Shown: piece after piece, positions 41,832 to 51,735 of the stretch
Position numbering within the stretch: the stretch's first letter is position 1
Layout: each line of letters begins with the position of its first letter
Source: an uncultured Chloroflexia bacterium
Lineage (GTDB): Bacteria; Chloroflexota; Chloroflexia; QHBQ01; JADMIH01
Length of the DNA: 64,000 nucleotides
Direction of reading: 5' to 3'
Assembly: GCA_963797095.1 (NCBI GenBank)
Contig: CAWCNY010000006.1
Location: forward strand, 288,001 to 352,000
Program-made: the position numbers and the translations under genes
Notes under the pieces: generated by a model
What the model was told of the DNA's origin: nothing
The model's database searches: none
What the model saw: the letters and a program-made list of their open reading frames with translations, nothing else

Positions 41832-42428
41832 ATGGTAAGACTCCCCGAGAAAGGCCCAGGCGACCGCTCTCAAGCTGATGCTTATGGCGACAGTTTTGTT
41901 CTCCCGACCCTGGCCGAGCTGAGCCAGGAAGTCAAGGAGCTTGTACGCCATATCTCTACAACCGATGTCAGCGAGCTACATCTTGAGAGTGGGCCTATTC
42001 GCATAATCATAAAGCGCGGCATCGCCAATGGCGCGCAGGCGGTTGCCCTGCCCCCTGTTGCCTATCCCCCAGCTGGTGCGGTCTTTACCCCTCCGCCCGT
42101 ACTCCCGATCTCCGATACGTCCAGCATGGTGAGCATGATAGGCCAAAGCCCCTCGCACGGCGAAGGCGTAATGCTGGCCGAGGGCGAGCAATTGATCGTA
42201 GCACCTATGGTCGGTACCTTCTATGTCGCGCCCTCTCCAGGAGCCGATCCCTACGTAACCGAAGGCGACCTCGTCGAACCGGGCCAGGTGGTGGGCATCA
42301 TCGAAGCCATGAAGATGATGAACCCCATCGAGTCAGAAGTTACAGGCATCGTAGTCCGCATGCTGGTCCAGAATGCCCAGCCGGTCGAGTACAACCAGCC
42401 TTTGATGGTGGTATCTGCCGGAACGTGA
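41832..42428 (+). CDS. accB: acetyl-CoA carboxylase biotin carboxyl carrier protein
   Basis: APMVGTFY.APSP, IIEAMKMMN, PVEY.QPL. Confidence 0.92.
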   Translation: MVRLPEKGPGDRSQADAYGDSFVLPTLAELSQEVKELVRHISTTDVSELHLESGPIRIIIKRGIANGAQAVALPPVAYPPAGAVFTPPPVLPISDTSSMVSMIGQSPSHGEGVMLAEGEQLIVAPMVGTFYVAPSPGADPYVTEGDLVEPGQVVGIIEAMKMMNPIESEVTGIVVRMLVQNAQPVEYNQPLMVVSAGT

Positions 42429-42530
42429 TACGTGACACGTGATACGTGACTACTGTGCACTGCGTATTCATTTGTCACTCGTCACCCATCGTCCTTACAT
42501 AGGACGTATCACACGTCACGTATCAAATCC

Positions 42531-43697
42531 ATGAACCTCCGCCGCATTGCCTTCGGTCTCCGACGCATCGCCATCGGCCTCGTTGTGAGCTTTGTTTGCC
42601 TCTATTTTGTCATCCGAGACGTGGACTGGGGCGAAATCCTTAGACACCTGAGTGAAGTGAACATCTTGCTGTTTCTCCTTTCGATGGTGCTCATGCTGGC
42701 CGCCTACTTCCTCATGACCTGGCGCTGGCAATTTCTCCTGGACCCCCTTGAGTTACCGGCATCGCCCTCCTCAGACCCTGAAGCTAGTGGTGCGCAGTTG
42801 GGAATCCGTGGTCGGGTGGGCTTGCTCCCACTCTATGCCAAGATGCTCACGGGCTATTTCTTCAATGCCTTCTTTCCCGCCCGCGCCGGTGATCTGGTGC
42901 GGGCTTATTTACTGGGGCGCGTCACTGGCCTTCGCAAGACCACCATCCTGGCAACGATCGTCATCGAAAAAGCCTTCGACGGCATAGCCCTCCTCCTCCT
43001 TTTCCTCCTCAGCCTGGTGCTTCTCCCTGCGGCCACCTCACGCGCCTCCGGCCTCTCGCCAGAGCTTTTGGCCTGGCTGGCAGCCATCGCCCTGGTGGCA
43101 GCGGTGGCGGGCCTCCTCCTATTCTATCGCTTCAGCGACCGCATAGGCCGGTTGGTAGAGAGGATCTTCGATTTCCTCCCCCTCCCCTGCAGGTTTGAGA
43201 AGTTGCTGGTACGCCTCATCGACACGTTCGCAGGGGGCATGCATATCTTCAAGACCCCTCGCCCCCTCATTATGGCCGGGCTTATCTCGGTGGTCGTGTG
43301 GCTGGTAGTAACGCTGATGTTCCTCGCGGCCCTTCTCTCCTTCAAAGCATCCTTCCCGTCCGACCTGATAAGCTTGCCCGGCCTTCTCTTTATGACCGGG
43401 CTGGTCAACCTGGGCCTGCTAATCCCTGCCCTACCTGGAAACGTGGGTACTTATGAAGCCTTGTGCATCGCCGCCATGGCTGTTTTTGCGGTGAACAAAG
43501 AGCTGGCGGTCGCCTTCGCCCTCATTTTCCACGTCGGCCAACTGCTAACTACGCTCGCGGTGGGCGTGATCGCCTTCTGGACGCAAAACCTCACCTTTGC
43601 CGAGATCGGCCCTGTAGAGCAGAAGGCCGAGCAAGAAGCCGAAGAGTCCCTGGCTCAAATAGAAGAACCCGAAGCTCTTCCCATCATCAGGCAGTAA
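42531..43697 (+). CDS. lysylphosphatidylglycerol-synthase TM / flippase-like membrane protein
   Basis: WRWQ.LL, N..FPARAGDLVR, EK.FD, PGNVGTYE. Confidence 0.82.
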   Translation: MNLRRIAFGLRRIAIGLVVSFVCLYFVIRDVDWGEILRHLSEVNILLFLLSMVLMLAAYFLMTWRWQFLLDPLELPASPSSDPEASGAQLGIRGRVGLLPLYAKMLTGYFFNAFFPARAGDLVRAYLLGRVTGLRKTTILATIVIEKAFDGIALLLLFLLSLVLLPAATSRASGLSPELLAWLAAIALVAAVAGLLLFYRFSDRIGRLVERIFDFLPLPCRFEKLLVRLIDTFAGGMHIFKTPRPLIMAGLISVVVWLVVTLMFLAALLSFKASFPSDLISLPGLLFMTGLVNLGLLIPALPGNVGTYEALCIAAMAVFAVNKELAVAFALIFHVGQLLTTLAVGVIAFWTQNLTFAEIGPVEQKAEQEAEESLAQIEEPEALPIIRQ

Positions 43698-43764
43698 GCA
43701 TACCAACCAACTCTTCACATATCACGTATCATAAATAGATCACGCAACAGATAAGAGCTAGACT

Positions 43765-45048
43765 GTGAATATACTCGTTCTCGCGCCACAATGGCCCGAC
43801 CCTCCGATGCAGGGAGCCGCCATACGCAATCTGCAAATCGTGCGCTACCTGGCGCGCAACCATACTGTAAGCCTGCTTACCTTCGAGGGTCCAAAGGGGC
43901 ACGATACCCCACCGCGCTACGATCTACACGCGATCTGTCGCCACGCCGAAGTCCTACCCCCTCCTTCGCGCACGCGCAGGCAGCGTCTTCTCAGGCTTCT
44001 AACCTCTTCTTTGCCAGATATGGCGTGGCGGCTCTATTCGGACCCCATGTGGCGGCGGGTAGCCGAGTTATGCCAGGAGGAACAGTTCGACGCCATTCAT
44101 GTAGAAGGTATAGAGATGGCTCCCTACGCCCTCCTTGCCATGCGCCTCCTGCCGAATGCCCAGATGGTTTACGATGCCCACAACGCCGAGTATCTGTTGC
44201 AGCGTGGAGCCTTTACCACTGACTTCCGGCACATTCGACGTCTGCCCGCCGCGATCTATTCGCTGGTGCAGTGGTACCGCCTGCGCCGGTTCGAGCGCCA
44301 TGTACTTCTGATGAGCAAGCGCGCGCTTGCCGTCTCTCCAGCCGATGTGGCCGCCCTCTCTCGCCTATCTGTCTCGGCAAAAGACCATGTGACTCTTCTT
44401 CCAAACGGTGTAGACCTCGACTACTGGTCTCGCCAGGCTATTCGCCCTGAGGATTTCGAGGTGGGCCGTGAGGCCCTCGTCTTCGACGGCACGATGGATT
44501 TTCGCCCTAATGTAGACGCCGTACTCTGGTTCGCCCAGGAAGTGTGGCCCCTGATTCGCGCCGAACGCCCGCACACCCATTTTTACATTGTGGGACGCAA
44601 CCCTGCCCCCGAAGTGCTGGCCCTCAGCGAAAATCCCGGTATCATCGTTACCGGCATGGTAGACGATACCCGTCCCTGGGTCGCGGGTTGCGAGGTCTAT
44701 GTGGTCCCGATGAGAATGGGGGGTGGGGTGCGCCTGAAAGTGTTGCAGGCGATGTCGATGGAATGCGCTATCGTATCCACCCCGATGGGAGCGGAGGGCA
44801 TCGCCGTACGCCCTGGCAAGGACATGCTCCTCACCTTCTCGCCTCGTGGTTTCGCCAACGCGGTGCTCCTGCTACTGTCGGCCCGCCATCGCAGGCGTGC
44901 GCTCGGCACATCAGCCCGCGAGCTTGTCACCACCCTCTATTCGTGGGATAGCCTTCTCCCCGTGCTTGATGAGCTCTACCCTCAACCGTCACCTAAGACG
45001 GATGGCCCCATCTTGGAACAGGAAAACGAGGAACCAGCATCTTCCTAG
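43765..45048 (+). CDS. glycosyltransferase family 4
   Basis: DAHNAE, PNGVD, G.MDFRPNVDA, GGGVRLKVLQAM, GAEG. Confidence 0.88.
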   Translation: MNILVLAPQWPDPPMQGAAIRNLQIVRYLARNHTVSLLTFEGPKGHDTPPRYDLHAICRHAEVLPPPSRTRRQRLLRLLTSSLPDMAWRLYSDPMWRRVAELCQEEQFDAIHVEGIEMAPYALLAMRLLPNAQMVYDAHNAEYLLQRGAFTTDFRHIRRLPAAIYSLVQWYRLRRFERHVLLMSKRALAVSPADVAALSRLSVSAKDHVTLLPNGVDLDYWSRQAIRPEDFEVGREALVFDGTMDFRPNVDAVLWFAQEVWPLIRAERPHTHFYIVGRNPAPEVLALSENPGIIVTGMVDDTRPWVAGCEVYVVPMRMGGGVRLKVLQAMSMECAIVSTPMGAEGIAVRPGKDMLLTFSPRGFANAVLLLLSARHRRRALGTSARELVTTLYSWDSLLPVLDELYPQPSPKTDGPILEQENEEPASS

Positions 45049-45413
45049 AACAGCTTGATCCACTTCAACGAGAGCGACAAGCTGAACAGCAGTGTTGCCC
45101 CGATCAAGGTCGCGACCCCTGCGAAGCGCCAGTTGCGGGCCAGCACAAATGTAACAATCGTGGATAGCAGAGTAATGCCCGGCGTAAAAAGGAGCAATAC
45201 CACCCCCAGGCTCACAATCGCCAACGGATTGCCTGCCGTAAGCTCCGGCCCTAACCTATCAAGGGCTATCGAGTGATGCTCTGCATCAGCCGGTATGCTG
45301 GCACCCGCGATCAGCACCCAGCCCAGACCCACCAGCATGACGCCAAAGCTCAGGTACATCCCTGTCCTGAGTATCAACCCTGCCACCCGGTATGTCATGT
45401 TATCCCGGCTCAT
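45045..45413 (-). CDS. DUF1634-like membrane protein
   Basis: LR.G, LG..LL.FTP; follows TauE genes. Confidence 0.7.
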   Translation of the reverse strand: MSRDNMTYRVAGLILRTGMYLSFGVMLVGLGWVLIAGASIPADAEHHSIALDRLGPELTAGNPLAIVSLGVVLLLFTPGITLLSTIVTFVLARNWRFAGVATLIGATLLFSLSLSLKWIKLF

Positions 45414-45417
45414 GCTT

Positions 45418-46254
45418 CTACCCTATGATCAGTCTGACCCCGACCAGCGCCAGCGCCAGCGCCAGCCCACGCACGATCCACCTGCCCTTGATCCTGCTTG
45501 AAAGTGCTCCCCCGATCTGAGCGCCACCTATGGCCCCGACTGCCATCGAAATGGCAGGTATCAGCCGCACATGCCCAAGCGTAAGCTGAGTGATCGACCC
45601 CGTCGCCGCCGATATCGCCAGGATAAAGTGCGATGTGGCGGTGGCGATATGCGCCGGGAAATCGAACAGCGTGATCAGGGCGGGCACGTGAATGATCCCG
45701 CCCCCGATCCCCAATATGCTCGACATGAACCCCACCCCAAAGCTGAGCACAACCCCCCACACAAGCGAGAAGCCGTATGTGTACTCCTCACCTTTGGAGT
45801 CCACCTTCGTGCGCACCGTCCATCCCCAACCTGCCGGGCCTTTCGGGCGTTCGAGGCGCACCTGGCTGGTTGCTCGTTTCTCCGGCCTCACCATCAGATA
45901 GAGCGAGATAATCACCAGCAGGCTACCGAAGATGATGTTGAATACCCTCCCGCTCAGCAACTCCACTATCAAAGACCCCAGCACCGCCCCCGGCAACGTA
46001 GCCACGGCGAATCGGATCCCTGTCTTGAAATCAACTCTTCCCTGCCGCCAGTACGAGATCGTACCGCTGGCGGCGTTGGCCGTCACTACAAAGAGCGATG
46101 TCCCAACCGCCTGCTCGTGCGGCCACTGAAGCACCAGCAGCAACACGGGCACGATTATGAACCCGCCACCGGCTCCTATAAGCGTTCCGTATGCTCCCAC
46201 TGCCAGCCCGAAGGTGATGAACGCAGGTATTGCAATCCATAAGTCTATATCCAT
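45418..46254 (-). CDS. sulfite exporter TauE/SafE family
   Basis: G.LIGAGGG..IVP, AVGTS, LGIGGG..HVP, A.ATS. Confidence 0.88.
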   Translation of the reverse strand: MDIDLWIAIPAFITFGLAVGAYGTLIGAGGGFIIVPVLLLVLQWPHEQAVGTSLFVVTANAASGTISYWRQGRVDFKTGIRFAVATLPGAVLGSLIVELLSGRVFNIIFGSLLVIISLYLMVRPEKRATSQVRLERPKGPAGWGWTVRTKVDSKGEEYTYGFSLVWGVVLSFGVGFMSSILGIGGGIIHVPALITLFDFPAHIATATSHFILAISAATGSITQLTLGHVRLIPAISMAVGAIGGAQIGGALSSRIKGRWIVRGLALALALVGVRLIIG

Positions 46255-46276
46255 GCTAAATACTCAATCCTTTTGA

Positions 46277-47155
46277 CTATTTATTTGTTGCGCTGTACAG
46301 GCCCAGCGTCTGAAGTACCATAAGTATTGCTATCACTACTGCGACCCACGCGAATATTCGCCTCAAGCGCGCGTTGGGTGTCCGCGGCACCAGCCACGCC
46401 CCTACCCTCGCACCCAGGAAAACAAACAGTGTAACAGGCACGGCCACCAGAGGGTCGATATCACCATGCGCATAGCGCACGAAGGCGGCGCTCGTGGAGG
46501 TTATACCTATCATCAGGTTGCTTGTGCCGGTCGCGACCTTCAAAGGCACGCCCATCAGCAGGTTCATCACCGGCATCTGCACGACGCCGCCGCCCACACC
46601 GAGCAGCCCTGCTACCACCCCGGCCAGCGCATTGGTGGCTATCCCAGCGCCAACTCTCCTGGGGGTGTAGCTTTCGCTCTTGCCTGCGGCAGGGTCGTAG
46701 TATTCGCCTGACAGGTCTAGTGCACCATCTTCCTTCGTATGTGCCTCCGCCTCATTTGCCGTTTTTACTACAGGTGCTGCGTCCGCGCGTCTTGCACCCC
46801 GCTGCATGGAGACGGCTGTATAAATGAGCATGACCGCGAACAGGCCGCTCAATATCTGTACAGGCAAGATCGCCGCCACCAGCGAACTAAGAAGCGCAGC
46901 AGCCGTCGTTGACATCAGAAGCACAAGCGCGATCCTGACGTTAGCCAGGCGATTGCGCACGTAAGTAGAGGCGCCCGCCGTGGACGTCGCAATTACCGCC
47001 ACATTGCTCGTTCCTACGGCTGTAAGGAACGGCAAGCCGAAGATCAGCCTTAGAGCAGGCACGACAAAGACCCCGCCTCCCAGCCCCAGCAACGCCCCCA
47101 ACAACCCCGCCACAAACCCCGTGAGCGCCAGCCCTGCGTAGTACAGAATTTCCAC
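46277..47155 (-). CDS. sulfite exporter TauE/SafE family
   Basis: GALLGLGGG..VVP, GLLGVGGG, PLKVATGTSN.MIGIT. Confidence 0.88.
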   Translation of the reverse strand: MEILYYAGLALTGFVAGLLGALLGLGGGVFVVPALRLIFGLPFLTAVGTSNVAVIATSTAGASTYVRNRLANVRIALVLLMSTTAAALLSSLVAAILPVQILSGLFAVMLIYTAVSMQRGARRADAAPVVKTANEAEAHTKEDGALDLSGEYYDPAAGKSESYTPRRVGAGIATNALAGVVAGLLGVGGGVVQMPVMNLLMGVPLKVATGTSNLMIGITSTSAAFVRYAHGDIDPLVAVPVTLFVFLGARVGAWLVPRTPNARLRRIFAWVAVVIAILMVLQTLGLYSATNK

Positions 47156-47236
47156 GCGCCAATTATAACAGGTTGTGCTTTTGACAGCGTGCTCTTTGCG
47201 GGCTTATAATTCGGCTATCTCAAAGAGGAGGCGGCA

Positions 47237-47872
47237 TTGCTAGACCTTAATCAACTTGCTCGTTACAGCCTGGAGAGGCAAAAAGAACTCGAAGCCAACG
47301 GTATCTATTTTCTGGGTGATATTACGGACGAAGCAGCCGAGCGTCTTGGTCAGGCTCTCGTGTCTATGTCGGTCGAGAGGGAAGACCACTCGGACAAGCC
47401 GATAACGCTCTACATCAACTCGGGTGGAGGCTCGGTGGGGGCGGGCCTCGCTATGATGCAGATCGTCTACCGCATGCGCGCCCTTTATAAGGTCACTATC
47501 AACACTGTTGTCACCGGCTATGCCTACTCTATGGGCGCTATCGTGTTCCAGGCAGGTGATAAGCGGCAGATAGGCTCTTTTTCGACCCTCATGCTCCATT
47601 CGCCGCAATGGTTTCTGTCGGGTAGCGACCAGCAGATATTCAGCGACTACGCCACACTCGCCCGCCACTATAAGAGCCTGGTGTCCAACATCTTTGCCCA
47701 GCGCTCAGGCAAGCACGATGCCGCCTGGTGGGAGAAGTTGATCTATTCCGGTCGCGACCGCTTCCTGACAGCCGAGGAATGCATCGACCTGGGCCTTGCC
47801 GATGAGATCTATGGCCTCCAACTGGTGACGCCGCCGCCTCCAACTCCCGGCGCTGGGGTGACGCCGGAGTGA
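47237..47872 (+). CDS. clpP: ClpP-family protease subunit (divergent)
   Basis: ITLYINSGGGSV, AYSMG (Ser), MLHSP (His), RDRFLTAEE...GLAD. Confidence 0.75.
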   Translation: MLDLNQLARYSLERQKELEANGIYFLGDITDEAAERLGQALVSMSVEREDHSDKPITLYINSGGGSVGAGLAMMQIVYRMRALYKVTINTVVTGYAYSMGAIVFQAGDKRQIGSFSTLMLHSPQWFLSGSDQQIFSDYATLARHYKSLVSNIFAQRSGKHDAAWWEKLIYSGRDRFLTAEECIDLGLADEIYGLQLVTPPPPTPGAGVTPE

Positions 47873-47934
47873 CCGGTAGTCGGTAGTCGGTAGTCGGAAA
47901 CGGGAGCCGTCGTCTTTCGTCTTTCGTCCAACTC

Positions 47935-48768
47935 ATGAAAACCTATATCTCCTGTGATCTAGACGGTGTATGTGGTGTGGTGGATCGCGACCAGTTGTTC
48001 GATTCTGCCAGTGCCGATTATCGCCATGCTTGCCACTTACTCACCGGCGAGGTGAATGCTGCCGTTGAGGGTGCCCTGTCGGCAGGGGCTACCGAAGTGG
48101 TGATAAACGATGGGCATTACCGCATGCGCAATCTCGTCCCCGACGAGCTTCACCCGCGTGCGCGCTCTATTGCGGGCAGATTCAAGCCCGGTTTCATGGT
48201 CGAGGGTCTCGACAGCAGCTTTGGCGTTGTGCTCTTTGTGGGCTATCACGCCGCCGTTGGCGTGGCCGACGGCACCCTCAATCACACATACCATGCTCTC
48301 GAATTGCGCCTCAACGACATGGTTTGCAGCGAAGGGACCATCAACGCTGCCGTCGCGGGGCACTACGGTGTGCCCATTGGCCTCATAACCGGCGACGTGG
48401 CGGCCATCGACACGCTTCGCGCCCAGGTTGGCCCGCAACTGCAGGGTGTGGCGGTCAAGCGGGGTATTACGCGGTTGGCTGCCCACCACCTGATGGGTGT
48501 GCAGGAGGCCCGAGACGCTATACAAAGAGAGGCCGCTGCCGCCGTGCACTCGGCCATAGAGGGTACGGCAGCACCACCCCTCAAGTTGGACACGCCGGTG
48601 CGGATGCGCCTTGCCTTCAAAGAGACTATTTATGCCGATGCCTCGGCGCTGATCCCTGGAGCCGAGCGGCTGGATGGGCGCACTCTCCAATGGACCTGCA
48701 AAGACATCCTGGAGGCTTACCGCATTTTTGTAGTAACATATTACCTATCGCGCGGCGTGGAAGCATAA
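47935..48768 (+). CDS. dppA: M55 D-aminopeptidase (DppA family)
   Basis: YISCDLDG, EVNAA, NDGH..MRN, GYHA, HT, GD, VAVK. Confidence 0.85.
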   Translation: MKTYISCDLDGVCGVVDRDQLFDSASADYRHACHLLTGEVNAAVEGALSAGATEVVINDGHYRMRNLVPDELHPRARSIAGRFKPGFMVEGLDSSFGVVLFVGYHAAVGVADGTLNHTYHALELRLNDMVCSEGTINAAVAGHYGVPIGLITGDVAAIDTLRAQVGPQLQGVAVKRGITRLAAHHLMGVQEARDAIQREAAAAVHSAIEGTAAPPLKLDTPVRMRLAFKETIYADASALIPGAERLDGRTLQWTCKDILEAYRIFVVTYYLSRGVEA

Positions 48769-48795
48769 CAGGTCTAGAAAGAAGAAGGACCCGCC

Positions 48796-49650
48796 ACGGT
48801 AGACAACATTTTCTCGGGTAATGGCGGTGCAACCGGCGATGGCAGGATTGCCGTTCTCCAGGCGTGTACCGTTCTCTATGATACTCTCCCTGAACTCAAC
48901 TCTGCATCCCAACAGAGCGCTCTTGAGCGTATTGTGGGTCCATGCATCGTTGAATGGGCGTCTGTGGGTCCGGGAGGTTCGGCCACAGGCACCCTCTTGA
49001 TGGGGGGCGTGGCTGCCTTCGGCGACCACCGGATCGCTATGGTAGCCCTGTCCGCGCCTGTTCGGTCCGAGGTGCTCGATGTGACGGTCGAGGTGTCGCC
49101 CATGCCTGAGGAGCAGCGCCAGGCGCTCGCCAATCATAACGCCGCCGTGCGCGTCCTCTACATTGGTTTCGACCCAGACCCCATAGAACAGCTTACCGCC
49201 CTTTACCGTGTAGCGCGTGTGCTGCTGGCGCTTGGCGGCCTTGGGATCATCAACGAGCGTGCAGCTCTGGCTCAACCCGCTGAGCTTGCAGCCAGCTTGA
49301 TGCCCCAGCTTGGAGGCGATACGCCGCCTATCCAGCTTTGGACGGGCGCTGTCACCTTTGCACTGGGCGAGGCCGATGGCCTGAGCCGCTTCCTGCTACG
49401 CACCTATGGAATGGACCAGTGCGCGCTGCCCGAAATCGCTATTTATTTGAGCGACCGCGCCCAGGCAGACGATGCGTACCACACTATCATTAACGTTTGC
49501 CTATATCTTGTGCAGTCGCGCTCCAGCGTCCTCCTGGGTGTGGGCGACCGGGTCGAGTTCGCCGGGCATACCTATCTCCTGACCGACCCCCAGAGCGATG
49601 CCTCTGAGTTCGCCTCGGAAACGGGCCTTTACCTCCTGGTTGAAGTTTAG
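48796..49650 (+). CDS. hypothetical protein; start uncertain
   Basis: Frame open from 48778; best RBS (AAGGA) precedes ACG at 48796; RTYGM.Q..LPEI motif. Confidence 0.55.
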   Translation, partial: TVDNIFSGNGGATGDGRIAVLQACTVLYDTLPELNSASQQSALERIVGPCIVEWASVGPGGSATGTLLMGGVAAFGDHRIAMVALSAPVRSEVLDVTVEVSPMPEEQRQALANHNAAVRVLYIGFDPDPIEQLTALYRVARVLLALGGLGIINERAALAQPAELAASLMPQLGGDTPPIQLWTGAVTFALGEADGLSRFLLRTYGMDQCALPEIAIYLSDRAQADDAYHTIINVCLYLVQSRSSVLLGVGDRVEFAGHTYLLTDPQSDASEFASETGLYLLVEV

Positions 49651-49877
49651 CTCATATAGGAATATCGTATAGGCAACTCCATTTCTCACCTTGCACGCCT
49701 ATCCCGGTGCTCTGCCGCCAGGACCGCAGTAAGGATACTTTAGTACAGCCGGTGATGGGGTCTTTAGTAGGTTGATTGGAATGTGGTTGGACTTCCCCTC
49801 GCTAACTTAATGACATTGGTGGGGCAAAACGGGACAGGTTTTGGGGTGTACTTTAAGGACAGTTTTATGACAGGATA

Positions 49878-50112
49878 CCACCCAAGCCAAGTCCCGGAGG
49901 GACGGCAGAGAGTAGCCCAGGGCGTAAGCCCTGTGGTAAGCCAAGGACAATGCCATAGCCCCATAGGGGCGTAAGAACAAGCACTCCAGCGTTGCATCAT
50001 GCAATGCTAATGCTCTTACGTCCCTCCGGGACTACTTACTTGGGCGGTATGAACCGCAGGGCTTACGCCCTGGGCTACTTTCTTGCGTCCCTCCGGGACT
50101 TGGCTTGGGTGG
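49878..50112. repeat. REPIN-like inverted repeat pair (GTCCCTCCGGGAC and AGCCCAGGGCGTAAGCCCTG)
   Basis: About 49878-49936 is the near reverse complement of about 50056-50112; related motif near 39340-39363. Confidence 0.7.
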
Positions 50113-50143
50113 CACTCTGGTAGAGTACCCACAAGGAGTGCCC

Positions 50144-50875
50144 CTACAGAGATTGGGCGATTACGACCAGGCAGGAGCCTTTGCTGTTGGAGGCTACCTT
50201 CGCGCTGACTTGAAAACCGGCCTCTTCCAGCCTCTGTCTTAGGAGGCCGATCCAGCCGTACCAGCCGCCATTCTCGGCCAGCTTGCCCAGTCTGCGTTGT
50301 ATCACTTCGATATCGGAGGTCTCCGGGCTGTTTTCGTGACCGTATATGACCCTGGCGATACCTTCCAGCGTTCTGGCCCTGGTGTCTTTCGGCTTTAGCC
50401 ATCCGCCCGGTACGATCACGAGTGCTCCGCCCGGTCTGAGCACGCGCCGCAACTCGGCAAGGGTCTGCGGGTCGGCTATGTACTCGCTGGGGAAGGTGCT
50501 CACCACCGAGTTAAAATAGGATGCGGGGAAGGGCAGCGCCTGTGCGCGTGCTTTCAACATCCTGTTCGACAGCAATCCAAGCCTGCGCGCCTTACTGCGC
50601 GCTTGCCGCAACATTTGTGGTGACGCATCTATCCCCCACACCTCGAATCCTGCCCCCGCAAGATCGGCTTGGAGGTTGCCCGTGCCCATCCCCACTTCCA
50701 GCACCCTCGGACCTGTGAGGTGCGGTATGGCTGCCCGCTGCCACCACCGCCACTGCCCCATGAAGAAGGTGCTGCTTACCCAATCGTAGGCCCACGCGAA
50801 CGGCCCGTAGAGCGATTCGAACGCCAGCTTGCACATTCGAGCGCGCATCCCACCCGACCCGCTGACTTGCTGCAT
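50144..50875 (-). CDS. class I SAM-dependent methyltransferase
   Basis: VLEVGMGTG, GIDAS.QM, LPFP...F, RVLRPGG. Confidence 0.88.
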   Translation of the reverse strand: MQQVSGSGGMRARMCKLAFESLYGPFAWAYDWVSSTFFMGQWRWWQRAAIPHLTGPRVLEVGMGTGNLQADLAGAGFEVWGIDASPQMLRQARSKARRLGLLSNRMLKARAQALPFPASYFNSVVSTFPSEYIADPQTLAELRRVLRPGGALVIVPGGWLKPKDTRARTLEGIARVIYGHENSPETSDIEVIQRRLGKLAENGGWYGWIGLLRQRLEEAGFQVSAKVASNSKGSCLVVIAQSL

Positions 50876-51137
50876 ATGGTTATTGTAACATCAGGTCGCC
50901 GACAAGTGGTTGAAGGACCAGACACACTATTGTGTGCAAGAAGAGAGGAGACAGTGAGGCTTTCTGCTAAGCATCAAATTGACTCTTGCCTAGCGAGTCG
51001 TGTATAGTTGAGGTCACGGCAACAATCGTCAACCCGATAGTTGATATCGGGTGTGTAACTCTCCAATTTATGCCTCCTTATAGCTGCATGCCCATGGTGT
51101 GGTTGTTCCGAGCACAACGGAAGTACAGGAGGCATCA

Positions 51138-51560
51138 GTGAGTCAGACCATCCAACGTGACGTCGGCAACCCCTCTGGTCAGAAACATATCGTTGTTGTC
51201 AATGACAGCGAGGACCTACTCGATCTTATCAAAACAGTGCTGGAAGAGGGAGGGCATGAAACGACAATACTTCATGCAAGCGATGGCGCTTACAAAAAGA
51301 TCAAGGAGTTACAGCCAGCACTTCTAATTCTCGATATTGTAATGGAGCAGCCCGATAGCGGCTGGCAATTGTTACAAATATTGAAGCTCGACACCCAAAC
51401 AAGCGAAATTCCTGTCATTATATGTAGCGCAGACAGCAGATTCCTACACGCAAACGAAGAACGACTACAGCGTCTTGGCTGTTATATTCTCCCCAAGCCC
51501 TTCGATATTGACGAACTGCTTCAACTGGTCAATTTAGCGATGACTGCGGAAGCGCTCTAA
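51138..51560 (+). CDS. single-domain response regulator
   Basis: IVVVNDS, LLILDIVM, IPVIICSA, KPFDIDEL; GTG after GGAGG. Confidence 0.85.
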   Translation: MSQTIQRDVGNPSGQKHIVVVNDSEDLLDLIKTVLEEGGHETTILHASDGAYKKIKELQPALLILDIVMEQPDSGWQLLQILKLDTQTSEIPVIICSADSRFLHANEERLQRLGCYILPKPFDIDELLQLVNLAMTAEAL

Positions 51561-51667
51561 CCTATGACGACCGCGAGCACTACAATCGCATGATTGCGGC
51601 CTCAGATGAGACCGGGCGGCTTATGGGAGTGATTGACGCGGCGATACCGGTATGGCCCCTGGTCTAA
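51557..51667 (+). pseudogene. C-terminal relic resembling a type ISP/IIG restriction-modification enzyme
   Basis: LTYDDREHYNRMIAASDETGRLMGVIDAAIPVWPLV* resembles the recalled tail L.YDD..HY..I..AL.ET.RLM..ID.AI..WPL. Confidence 0.5.
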
Positions 51668-51735
51668 GCAGAACGCTTGCAGATCTGATCCGGCAACCGT
51701 TGACTTGCTGCATACGGTTATTGTAACATCAATAG

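Larger units (their letters stand above)
50859..51731. mobile_element. small islet bounded by 35-bp direct repeats (att-like)
   Basis: ccgctgacttgctgcatatggttattgtaacatca (50859-50893) versus ccgttgacttgctgcatacggttattgtaacatca (51697-51731), 33/35 identical; interior visibly more AT-rich. Confidence 0.65.
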
